Assembly: GCA_963749495.1 (NCBI GenBank)
Contig: CAVVMW010000004.1
Span: forward strand, 704,001-768,000
Direction of reading: 5' to 3'
Source of the DNA: an uncultured bacterium
GTDB lineage: Bacteria > Verrucomicrobiota > Verrucomicrobiia > Limisphaerales > UBA8199
Length of the DNA: 64,000 nucleotides
Shown here piece by piece: positions 31,224-40,145 of this stretch. A program made the translations under genes and the position numbers. Numbering within the stretch: the first letter of the stretch is position 1; every line of letters begins with the position of its first letter. A model generated the notes under the pieces. The model was not told the origin of the DNA. It ran no database searches and was given only the letters and a program-made list of their open reading frames with translations.

Positions 31224-31466
31224 ATGAAACCGGTGAGCGAAATGACCGAAGCGGAGAAGGACCAGATCCGGGCCTGGATCCGGAACTGGGAGGAAACGGG
31301 GCCGATTTTGGAGCGACTTCGTTTGGAGTCACTTTCCTCGGTCAATACGGCGGCTGCCATCGAGGCATTCGATCTGGCCTACAAATCCGCCCGGTTGCAC
31401 CTTCCGCCCCGCCAGAGCTCGGGATTGATCGAGCAGCAGCGGTGGTTCAAACTCGGGCGGAAATGA
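31224..31466 (+). CDS. Small hypothetical protein, partner of the downstream nucleotidyltransferase
   Basis: 80 aa, ATGA-coupled; ends SSGLIEQQRWF. Confidence 0.7.
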   Translation: MKPVSEMTEAEKDQIRAWIRNWEETGPILERLRLESLSSVNTAAAIEAFDLAYKSARLHLPPRQSSGLIEQQRWFKLGRK

Positions 31467-32033
31467 AGGACTTGTTCATTTTGGCCAGGCAGGTGCAGGA
31501 CTTCCTGGATGCTCAGGGCTGGCGCTCGTGCGTGATAGGCGGGATTGCGGTTCAGCGCTGGAGCGAGCCGCGCCTGACCCGGGACGTGGATGTGACATTG
31601 CTCACAGGTTTTGGCGGTGAAGAGGCCTTCGTGGATGCGATCCTGCAGCGTTTCAGGTTCCGTGCCCCAGGAGGACGGAAGTTCGCCCTGGAGAATCGGG
31701 TCATGCTGCTGGCAGCAGAGGACGGCACTGGAATTGACCTGGCGCTCGGTGGCTTGCCCTTCGAGGAGAATGTGATCAGCCGTGCCAGCAACTTCGAGTT
31801 TTATCCGGGCCTTGTGCTGCGAACGTGTTCGGCAGAGGATTTGGTCGTTATGAAGGCTTTCGCCGGGCGCGAGCTGGACTGGGGGGACGTTCAGGGGCGT
31901 AATTGCCCGGCATGGGGCGGCCCTGAACTGGGATATCATCCAGTCGGAATTACGACCGCTGTGCGAGTTGAAGGAAGCGCCCGAGATTCTCGTTCATCTC
32001 GAACGTCTGCGTAAAAAGGTGGAGGCAAGGTGA
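31463..32033 (+). CDS. Nucleotidyltransferase (AbiEii/DUF6036-like); one extra G near 31893
   Basis: CVIGGIAVQRWSEPRLTRDVD, CSAEDLVVMKAFAGR..DW.D. The corrected frame ends ...KKVEAR-TGA overlapping the nuoE ATG. Confidence 0.8.
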
Positions 32034-32611
32034 TGCCGATTCCCGCATTGACCAAACCGGAGGCCCCGCCGGGCGCGGCTCCCGCCCCCGTCTCCCAGCC
32101 CATCCCCAACCCGCTCCTGGACCAGCCGGATTTTGCGGTGCCGGCGGCGCTGGTGGCTGAGATCGATGAGGTGATCACGCACTATCCGCGGAAACGGAGC
32201 GCCACGCTCATGCTGCTCCACGCCGTGCAGGAGCACTTCGGCTTTATCTCGAGGCAGGCCCTCGAGTGGGTGGCCGGCAAGCTGGAATTGCAGCCGGTCA
32301 ACGTCTATGAGTTGGTGAGCTTTTACCCGATGTTCCACCGCAAGCCGGTCGGCAAATACCATTTGCGGGTCTGCCGCACCTTGAGTTGCGCGTTGGGCGG
32401 CGCCTACGGGCTGCACGAATACTTCTGCAACGAACTGGGGCTGGACCCGCGGGCCCATGGCCCGCAGACCACCCCCGATGGCAAGTACACGGTCGAATTT
32501 GTCGAGTGCCTGGCCAGTTGCGGCACCGCCCCGGTCCTGATGTGCAACGACGCATTCCACGAAGGGGTTGACCGGAACAAGGCGCAGAAAATACTGTGGG
32601 AGTGCCAATGA
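32033..32611 (+). CDS. nuoE: NADH-quinone oxidoreductase subunit E
   Basis: SFYPMF, VCRTLSC, ECLASCGTAP (2Fe-2S ligands). Confidence 0.95.
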   Translation: MPIPALTKPEAPPGAAPAPVSQPIPNPLLDQPDFAVPAALVAEIDEVITHYPRKRSATLMLLHAVQEHFGFISRQALEWVAGKLELQPVNVYELVSFYPMFHRKPVGKYHLRVCRTLSCALGGAYGLHEYFCNELGLDPRAHGPQTTPDGKYTVEFVECLASCGTAPVLMCNDAFHEGVDRNKAQKILWECQ

Positions 32612-32714
32612 CGGATCGCGGGATGCAAATTGAGGGCAGCGCGGGGCTGCGCTCCGCAGAATCCCGGCGCGCCCGCTCCCAGCCCCTCGACCCCGTCCCT
32701 CGTCCCTCGGCAAA

Positions 32715-32788
32715 TGGCTGCCCGACATGGATTTGAACCATGACAAACAGATCCAGAGTCTGCTGTGCTACCGTTACACCATCGGGCA
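32715..32788 (-). tRNA. tRNA-Gln (CTG), encoded CCA
   Basis: TGCCCGA-TGGTGTAACGGTAGCACA-GCAGA-CT(CTG)GA-TCTGT-TTGT-CATGG-TTCAAAT-CCATG-TCGGGCA-GCCA folds into a complete cloverleaf. Confidence 0.96.
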
Positions 32789-32801
32789 AACGAGCGCCAA
32801 C

Positions 32802-32829
32802 AACTTAGAATCTCTGGCGGCAGAGTCAA
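32802..32829 (-). promoter_or_regulatory. Candidate sigma-70 promoter of tRNA-Gln
   Basis: TTGACT-N16-TAAGTT, 13 nt upstream of the tRNA. Confidence 0.6.
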
Positions 32830-32833
32830 GCCT

Positions 32834-34274
32834 GTGAAAGAGCACCGGTTAATCTTGAAATACGCCGACCAGCCGGGTTACACGCCCGAACCTGGAGTGC
32901 TACCTGCGCCACGGCGGCTACGAGGTCCTCAAGAAGGCCCTGGCCCTGCCTCCCAAGACACTGCCGGACGGCAAGACCCAGGGCGGCCCCGAGCAACTCC
33001 GCAACGAGGTCCAGCTCTCCGGCCTGCGCGGGCGCGGCGGCGCCGGCTTTTCCTGCGGCCTCAAGTGGTCGTTTGTCGACCGCAAGAGCGGCAAACCGGT
33101 CTATCTCATCTGCAACGCCGACGAATCCGAACCGGGCACCTTCAAGGACAAGCAGATCATTTACAAAGACCCGCACCAGATGCTCGAGGGCACGATCATT
33201 GCCTGCTTCGCCAACGACGTGCACCTGGCCTACATCTATATCCGGGGCGAGTTCGTCGAGGGGGCGCGCATCCTGAACCGGGCGCTGCAGGAGGCCCGCG
33301 CGCGGCATTTGCTGGGCCAGAACATCCTGGGCAGCGGCTACGACCTCCAGATCCACGTCCACCGCGGCGCCGGCGCCTATATCTGCGGCGAGGAGACCGG
33401 CCTCATCGAGTCGCTCGAAGGCAAGCGCGCCTACCCGCGCATCAAACCACCCTACTTCCCCGCCGTCCTGGGCCTCTACCTCTGCCCCACCATCGTCAAC
33501 AACGTCGAGACCCTCTGCGCCGTCAAGCACATCGTCGCCATGGGCGGCGCCGCTTACGCCCGGCTCGGCACCCCCAACAACACCGGCACCCGCATCGTCA
33601 GCATCAGCGGGCACGTCCGCAAACCCGGCTATTACGAGGTTGAGGTCGGCAAGGTCACCCTGGGCGAGCTGATCCACGACCCGGAATTCGGCGGGGGCCT
33701 GCGCGAGGGGCGCCGGCTCAAGGCCGTCATCCCGGGCGGCTCCTCGGCCAAGGTCTTCAAGGCCGGCGAGAAATTCAAGCTCAAGCGCAAAGGCCCCGAC
33801 GGCATGGACGCCGAGAAGGAGGTGGACATGCTCGAGTTGCCGTACGACTTCGACTCGCTCATCGCCGCAGGCAGCATGTCCGGCTCCGGCGCCATCATCG
33901 TGCTGGACGACTCGGCCGACATTGTGGCCTCCCTGGCCAACATCGCGCAGTTCTACGCCCACGAGAGCTGCGGCCAGTGTACCCCCTGCCGCGAAGGCTC
34001 GCTCTGGATGGCCAAGGCCCTGGACCGCATGACCCACGGCCAGGGCCGCAAGACCGACGCCGACTACCTGGTCCGCATCGCCGACAACATCCCCGGCGGG
34101 CGCACCATCTGCGCCTTCGGCGAGGCCTGCGCCTGGCCCGTCCAGAGTTTTGTGGGCAAGTTCAAGGACGAGTTTGTGGCCAAAGGGACCGCGGACGAGG
34201 AGCGAAGGGCGGAGGCGGCCAAAGACGACGCGCCGCTGGCGAAAATCGGAGCGGTGGCCTCTCCGAAGGACTGA
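32834..34274 (+). CDS. nuoF: NADH-quinone oxidoreductase subunit F (one extra C near 32886)
   Basis: SGLRGRGGAGF, CNADESEPGTFKD, GAGAYICGEETGL, HESCGQCTPCREG; corrected length 480 codons. Confidence 0.93.
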
Positions 34275-34280
34275 ACCGGG

Positions 34281-34568
34281 ATGCCAAAGCTCTATGAATA
34301 TTTGGGAATGAAAGCGACCGCCACAAAATATCTCGAAATTGTCGAGGCCAAGTATGTCTCGGGATACAAGATTCGCCTGACCTTCAACGACGCCATGGTA
34401 CGGGTGGCGGATTTCGGGCCCTTCCTCGCTAAAGCGCGTAATCCGGACACTACCGATTACCGTGACTTGCGGAGGTTCCAGGAGTTCCGTATCGAAGACG
34501 GCGACCTGATTTGGGGAGACCTCCAAATGATTTTCCCGATTATGGATCTCTACCGAGGAAAGATCTAG
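34281..34568 (+). CDS. DUF2442-family protein preceded in frame by a 9-aa DUF4160-like stub
   Basis: MPKLYEYLG then MKAT..YLEIVEAKYVSGYKIRLTFND..VADF, F.IEDGDLIW, DLY. Confidence 0.75.
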   Translation: MPKLYEYLGMKATATKYLEIVEAKYVSGYKIRLTFNDAMVRVADFGPFLAKARNPDTTDYRDLRRFQEFRIEDGDLIWGDLQMIFPIMDLYRGKI

Positions 34569-34679
34569 AAATGACTACTCCCATTGCTGTTTCCAAGACC
34601 CTAAGCATCCGCGAGTGCGGCTACGACGAGTACTGGCTGCAGGACCAGATCGCGGCGGATCCCAGTATTCTTGGCCTAG

Positions 34680-36758
34680 CCTGGATTCCCATGCATGGGA
34701 CGCGACCTAACATTTTTTTCCCGTTGGCCCGCTCTAGCCGAAGACCAACCGGAGGGTTCGATTGTCCAACCAGGGGACCTTGACCTGCTTCTTGTTAAAG
34801 CCTGCGTTGAGCAGCAACGGATTGTGGGCCCGTTTCTGAAAGCGGACGGTGATCGCCTCCGCGCTAATGGCCACCGTTGCCGTTGCATCCACGAAGTCCC
34901 GGAACAGGGTTCGGGATTTGGCTCGTTCATAGCCTTGCCCGATTTGAACTCCCAAGAGCCGATAGAGACTGCTGGCTATGAGGGTTAATTGCAGATCGCA
35001 ATTGACCTTCATCGGCACCGCCGAGGACAGCGCATCCATGTGGAAAAAGTCGATGCCGTCCTGGATGTTGTTCTCGATAATCATGCGCCGGGCGTAACGC
35101 CCAATGAGCTTGGGGGCCGAGCGCCGCAATTGATTGGTCAGCAGAAAGGTGGGGTCCTCGTGGCCCAAATCGGTGATAATCATCTGGCGGATGGGCCCCT
35201 GGTAGCCCTTCAACTCGATGCGCTGGTTGACGATGCGCGGCTCCCGATAAAGGCGGGAGATGCTTTCCAGGGAGATGCGGCGCCAAGCCGAATCGGGCCA
35301 GGTGCGCACTTCCTGGAGCATGGCGGCCGAACGGCGCCGCAGCGTAATGAACTCGATGTCCTGGTCGTCGAGCCAGCTCAGGTTGGCATAGGTCGTGAGT
35401 TTGGAATCAAAAATCAACTCCTGCGGCCACTGGCCGGTCCGCTCCTTCCAGTAGCGGGCAAAGTGCAGCACCTCTTCGTTCTGGTTCTCCTTGCGCACCT
35501 GGGCATTGCCATAGCAGAACACGTGCGTGTCGGCATCCTGGGCCACAAAGGCCAAGAGGCCCTTCTGCCGGCGGCTGCGCTTGGAGACGTAATGCTTTTG
35601 CAGGAGGGCATCCTCGCCGTGGAAAGGGATGGTGTGAAAGTCCAGATCGAAGGACTCGCCGCGGGGCAGGCCCAACTGACGGGCGCCATCAAACCAGCGG
35701 TGCATGAGTTTGGGGTAAGACGGCGGATCAATCCGGCAACTGTATTCGGTGAGGAAAGAACGTTTGGGGACGCAATTGAGGCCGGCGAACAAGGCCAGGC
35801 CGGCGTTGAACACGTTGCTCATCACATGGCTGTGACGAGCCGAGCCATGCAACTTAAGCCCCAACAGGGAGCGCATGGCGTGAGCGGCGGGGATCTGCCG
35901 GGTGCCGGGGAACTGGCTCTGCTCCAGGATACGCTCCCAGGGCACGGCGCTCAGGTAGGGCACGAACAGGAACAGGCCGCCAAATTGGGTGCGGAACTGG
36001 TGCGCGGACAAATCCAGCAGGCGGGCATCGGCGACCGGGGCGGTTTCGGGATGGGGGTGGGAGGGCCGTTCTTCATCGGCCCGTTGCGGCAGGCGAGCAA
36101 AGCCTTCTTCCTTGAGGACATGGGCTACGGAGACCGGGCTGAGCCGATGACCTTGCTCCTGCAGGAGCCGGCTGATGTCGTAAATGGAGAGGTTTTGTTT
36201 GCGGGCCTGGACAATCTTGAGGCGCCAGGGGTCGGATTTAGGGGCGCGGTGAGGTCCCTTGGCTGGAGGCAAAAAGAAGGGGCGGTCTGGCTCTTGGCGG
36301 AACTGGCAGGCCAGGACGCGGAAACTGCCCGGCGAATAGCCGAAGCGGCGGGCGGCGTCTTGGGAAGGGAGGCCCTCGACGAAGAAGGCGCGGAGGGCCT
36401 CATATTGGCGGTGGGTGGAGTTGGTCGGCGTGAGAAAAGCCTGGGCCAGATCGGTTAGTTTTTTGTGTTTATTGTTAAACACGTCTCCACTATGTCATAT
36501 ATGGTGGGGTTGTCAAGCGGAAATACAACCTGTAGGGGTGCCATGGCGCATTTTTCTGGTGAAACGGGACAAATCCGTAGGGATCGGAGCGTCTGGCCAG
36601 AGCGAGGAGTCGATCGGCGGGCATTATGACATAGTGGACAATATCTATATATTCATAGTACGACTAACGTCATTCTGGAAGATCCATGGCAAATACAGGG
36701 TGAGGCTGGCCGAGGAGGCTGCTCAAGGTTAGGTCAGGCCTATCCGTGGGAATCCAGG
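34680..36758 (-). mobile_element. Insertion sequence, 2079 bp (IS1380-like ends)
   Basis: IRs CCTGGATTCCCA(T/C)G; CTAG target duplication (34676-34679, 36759-36762). Confidence 0.9.
34734..36482 (-). CDS. DDE transposase with N-terminal HTH
   Basis: FDLDFHTIPFHG, LIFDSK, YARRMIIENNI; lies inside IRs; intact 582 aa. Confidence 0.85.
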   Translation of the reverse strand: MFNNKHKKLTDLAQAFLTPTNSTHRQYEALRAFFVEGLPSQDAARRFGYSPGSFRVLACQFRQEPDRPFFLPPAKGPHRAPKSDPWRLKIVQARKQNLSIYDISRLLQEQGHRLSPVSVAHVLKEEGFARLPQRADEERPSHPHPETAPVADARLLDLSAHQFRTQFGGLFLFVPYLSAVPWERILEQSQFPGTRQIPAAHAMRSLLGLKLHGSARHSHVMSNVFNAGLALFAGLNCVPKRSFLTEYSCRIDPPSYPKLMHRWFDGARQLGLPRGESFDLDFHTIPFHGEDALLQKHYVSKRSRRQKGLLAFVAQDADTHVFCYGNAQVRKENQNEEVLHFARYWKERTGQWPQELIFDSKLTTYANLSWLDDQDIEFITLRRRSAAMLQEVRTWPDSAWRRISLESISRLYREPRIVNQRIELKGYQGPIRQMIITDLGHEDPTFLLTNQLRRSAPKLIGRYARRMIIENNIQDGIDFFHMDALSSAVPMKVNCDLQLTLIASSLYRLLGVQIGQGYERAKSRTLFRDFVDATATVAISAEAITVRFQKRAHNPLLLNAGFNKKQVKVPWLDNRTLRLVFG

Positions 36759-36988
36759 CTAGGGGACCTTGAGGTAGTGCGCCGGGAGAAGCAGCAGTCA
36801 AGCGGCGGCAAGCTCGATATCCTTCTTGATCAGCAACTGCTGGAGAGCAGCTCCGATTTGTTTCAGCACGTTGCAGAATTTGTGAAAAAATGCCAATAAA
36901 CTTGAATTCCTGACCCCGCTGCCGCACGCCCAAGTCAGCGGCGACTCCGCCATGGACACGAACAAGCTGCACAGGTAAGATTCACATT

Positions 36989-37240
36989 ATGAGTGCGACA
37001 ACTGAACAAGTATTCATCGAGGCATTGTCTCTGCCGGCGCGCGCGCGGGCGGCCCTCGTCCAAAAACTGTTGCTCAGCCTCGAGGCAGAGGACAGTTCGC
37101 CCGAGGTTGAGGCAGCTTGGGCAGAGGAAGCAGCCGCTCGTTGCAGGGCATTTGACGAGGGCAGGCTGACCGAACGCGATGCGGAGGATGTGTTGCGAGA
37201 CGCGCACCGAGTGTTGAAGGGAAAACCAAATCGATCGTGA
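36989..37240 (+). CDS. Putative addiction-module antitoxin (TIGR02574-like), orphan
   Basis: EALSLPARARAALVQKLLLSL..EVEAAWAEEA..R..AFDEG. Confidence 0.8.
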   Translation: MSATTEQVFIEALSLPARARAALVQKLLLSLEAEDSSPEVEAAWAEEAAARCRAFDEGRLTERDAEDVLRDAHRVLKGKPNRS

Positions 37241-37302
37241 GAATGCTAAACGTCCTCCGAAACGACAGATGCGCGACGGGTCATTCCCCGGGGCCTCAAT
37301 TT

Positions 37303-37489
37303 TGTCCCGAAGGGACATCTGACAATAGCCCAACGTTTCAACGTTGGGTTTGGCGGTCAGAAGGAACGAGTCCCGAAGGGACGGCTGAAAGGGCGTGCAT
37401 TTTCAGCCGTCCCTCCGGGACTCGATATGTCCGCGCTTGGATCCCAACGTTGAAACGTTCGGGCTATTCTCGAATGTCCCTCCGGGACA
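37303..37489. repeat. ~190-bp palindromic REP/MITE-like element
   Basis: TGTCCCGAAGGGACA..AATAGCCCAACGTTTCAACGTTGGG..GTCCCGAAGGGACGGCTGAAA and its mirror image. Confidence 0.88.
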
Positions 37490-37559
37490 AAACCCAACCG
37501 CGCGGATTCCGTTCGCGAGGAAGGTCAAAGTCCCCACCGACACACGCTGTTCTATAGCA

Positions 37560-39281
37560 ATGCCAGCCGCCGCCACAACTGAGCCCAAGCCCGCCCCGCC
37601 GCTGGTCGAGAAGATCAAGGTGAAGGTGGACGGCATCGAGGTCGAGGTGGCCAGGAGCATGCCGGACCCGCTTAGCGGCAAGCCGCTGCCGACGACGATG
37701 ATCCAGGCCTGCGCCGCCGCGAAGGTGGACGTGCCCCATTATTGCTACCACCCCAAGCTGCCCGTGGCCGGCAATTGCCGCATGTGCCTCGTCGAGTTCG
37801 GCACCCCCGCCGTCGGCCCCGACCGCAAGCCGATCTTCAACCCGGACGGCACGTTGAAGATCGCGAAGTCGCCCCGCCCGGCCATTGCGTGCGCCACCCC
37901 GGTCACACCCGGCATGGAGATCTACACGAACACACCCGCCGTCAAACAGATGCGCCAAGGGGTGCTCGAGTTCCTCCTCATCAACCACCCGCTGGATTGC
38001 CCGATCTGCGACCAGGCGGGCGAGTGCAAGCTCCAGGAATACTCGGTCGAGTACGGCCAGGCCCAGAGCCGCTTCGCCGAGGACAAGGTCCACAAGCCCA
38101 AACGGGTCGAGTTGGGCCCGCGCATCATGCTCGACGACGAGCGGTGCATCCTGTGCACGCGCTGCATCCGGTTCACGCGCGACGTGGCCGGCGACGACGC
38201 CCTGGGCATCATCAACCGCGGCAGTTACAGCGTCCTGACTGCCTACCCCGGCCGCGTCTTCGACAACAACTACACCCTGAACACCGTCGATCTCTGCCCC
38301 GTGGGGGCGCTGACCTCGAAGGACTTCCGTTTCCAAATGCGGGTCTGGTTTCTCAAGGAGACCAAGAGCCTCTGCGCCAGTTGCGCCACCGGCTGCAACA
38401 TCATCGTGGGGTCGCGCGAGGAGACGGTCTATCGCTTCGAGCCGCGCGAAAACGACGCGGTCAACAGTTGCTGGATGTGCGATTACGGCCGGCTCAACTA
38501 CAAGTGGATAGATCGGGAAGATCGCCTGGTGGAACTCCGCACTCCGAAGTCCGCAGCCGGCAGCCAGGGGCCTGGGGCCCGCGGGCAGGCCGGCTGGGGC
38601 GGGGTCTTGGACGAGCTCTCGGCGAAGTTCAAGACCGTCCCCGCGGGGACGGCCGCCATCGTCGCTTCGGCCCGCCAGACCAACGAAGAGCTGTTCCTGT
38701 TGAGCAAGCTGGCCCGGAAGCTGGGCGCCCTGACCGACTCAGTCCCGCGTCAGGCCGAGGGGGACAAGCTGCTCCTGAGCGCGGACCGCAACCCGAACGC
38801 GAACGGCGCGCGCCTCATCGGCATCGCCGCCCAGCCCATCGGCTCGAACCTGCCCAAGATAGCCGAGGGCATCCGGGCCGGGCGCATCAAGACGCTGATT
38901 GTATTTGGCGAGGACGTGACCCGGCACGGCATCGGCCCCGAGTTGCTCGGCAAGCTGGAGAGCTTGATCGTGAGCGACATCCTCCCGAACCAGACGACCC
39001 GGCTCGCCCATTACCTGTTGCCCGGCTGCGCGCATGTCGAGAAGCGCGGCAGCTTCGCCAATGCCAAGGGCCGCGTGCAGAGGTTCATGAAGGCCGTCGA
39101 GCTGCGCGGCCAGGCGCGCCCCGAATGGGAATTCCTGCGCGAACTGGTCCTGGGCCTCACGGGCCAGGATGGTTTTGCGAGCATCGAGGGCCTTTTCAAC
39201 CAGATGGCCAAAGAGGTCCCGGCCTACAACGGGCTGACGTGGGCCGCGCTGGGCGATACGGGAGTCCGGGTGCCGATTTGA
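37560..39281 (+). CDS. nuoG: NADH-quinone oxidoreductase subunit G
   Basis: HYCYHPKLPVAGNCRMCLVE, NHPLDCPICDQAGECKLQ, CILCTRCIRF, CPVGAL, CASCATGC. Confidence 0.95.
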   Translation: MPAAATTEPKPAPPLVEKIKVKVDGIEVEVARSMPDPLSGKPLPTTMIQACAAAKVDVPHYCYHPKLPVAGNCRMCLVEFGTPAVGPDRKPIFNPDGTLKIAKSPRPAIACATPVTPGMEIYTNTPAVKQMRQGVLEFLLINHPLDCPICDQAGECKLQEYSVEYGQAQSRFAEDKVHKPKRVELGPRIMLDDERCILCTRCIRFTRDVAGDDALGIINRGSYSVLTAYPGRVFDNNYTLNTVDLCPVGALTSKDFRFQMRVWFLKETKSLCASCATGCNIIVGSREETVYRFEPRENDAVNSCWMCDYGRLNYKWIDREDRLVELRTPKSAAGSQGPGARGQAGWGGVLDELSAKFKTVPAGTAAIVASARQTNEELFLLSKLARKLGALTDSVPRQAEGDKLLLSADRNPNANGARLIGIAAQPIGSNLPKIAEGIRAGRIKTLIVFGEDVTRHGIGPELLGKLESLIVSDILPNQTTRLAHYLLPGCAHVEKRGSFANAKGRVQRFMKAVELRGQARPEWEFLRELVLGLTGQDGFASIEGLFNQMAKEVPAYNGLTWAALGDTGVRVPI

Positions 39282-39284
39282 CCT

Positions 39285-40139
39285 ATGAAGCTGACGTACG
39301 ACCCACGCCACAATGTCGCCTACATCCGGTTGCTGGAGAAAGGCGCCGAAGTGCAGACGCTCGAGATTAGCGATGAACTGAACATCAACCTTGCTCCGGA
39401 TGGCCGCGTCTATGGGATCGAACTGCTCAATGCGAACGAGCAACTGCGCGCGCAAGATGGCGGTCAACTGGTGGTCCGCAATGAGGAGATCCTCTGCCTG
39501 CCCATCGTGGATGTTCGAAGGCTGTTTGCCGGGAAAACATCCATTGGTCACAAGAAGGGGAGTGAATTGATAGACCTCTTCATCGCCAAGGGAGAGTACA
39601 TGGCTCGCGCTACGGCTGAGGCGTCATCCGAATTACTGCAGGCTTTGCCAGTGGTTGTAGTCCGGACCAAGAGCGGGCAGGTTCTTCTTCTGCGCCGTCG
39701 CGAAAAGCAAGAGGAGAACCCCTTGCACAATCGGGTGGTCATTTGGGCCGGGGGACACGTGCGCCGTGAGGATGCCGTCAATGGGAATTCGATCGTGCAG
39801 GGGGCCATCCGAGAGTTGCACGAGGAGCTGCGGTTGAGCCTGGAGCCTAAGGACCTGAGCTTGCTCGGGGCCATACACGCAGATCTCGGGGGCGGCACTT
39901 CCAAGCACGTGGCCATCGTTTATGAGTGGAGGGCCGAAACCGACGATGTTGCGGTTGCTCTGAGCAACGCGGAGTTCTTCGAACGACGTGGAACGTCGCT
40001 GAGCGGCAAGTTCGTCACCCTTGACGATTTGCGCGCCGGCTGGAGGAACTTCTCCGGGCAGTCGGAACCCTGGTCTGAGCAGATCATACGCGACATGCTT
40101 GGTGAAGGTGATCGCTTGGCTGAAATGAAACTCCTGTAA
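39285..40139 (+). CDS. Chimeric DUF2283 + NUDIX hydrolase protein
   Basis: MKLTYDP..NVAYIRL..DGRVYGIELLNA, followed by the Nudix box AGGHV..GAIRELHEEL. Confidence 0.75.
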   Translation: MKLTYDPRHNVAYIRLLEKGAEVQTLEISDELNINLAPDGRVYGIELLNANEQLRAQDGGQLVVRNEEILCLPIVDVRRLFAGKTSIGHKKGSELIDLFIAKGEYMARATAEASSELLQALPVVVVRTKSGQVLLLRRREKQEENPLHNRVVIWAGGHVRREDAVNGNSIVQGAIRELHEELRLSLEPKDLSLLGAIHADLGGGTSKHVAIVYEWRAETDDVAVALSNAEFFERRGTSLSGKFVTLDDLRAGWRNFSGQSEPWSEQIIRDMLGEGDRLAEMKLL

Positions 40140-40145
40140 TCTCGC

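Larger units (their letters stand above)
34571..36899 (+). pseudogene. Internally deleted, IS-interrupted NucS-like endonuclease remnant
   Basis: Removing the IS joins EYWLQDQIAADPSILGL to GDLEVVRREKQQSSGGKLDILL, followed by a short tail and stop. Confidence 0.65.

Noticed and set aside
28637..31360. Long antisense ORFs (also 21184-22959, 43057-44706, 1498-2955, 34989-36458)
   Set aside because: These are shadow frames of high-GC genes with no recognisable motifs.
32715..32788. tRNA as integration site of a genomic island
   Set aside because: I saw no duplicated tRNA 3' end and no integrase; both flanks are nuo genes.
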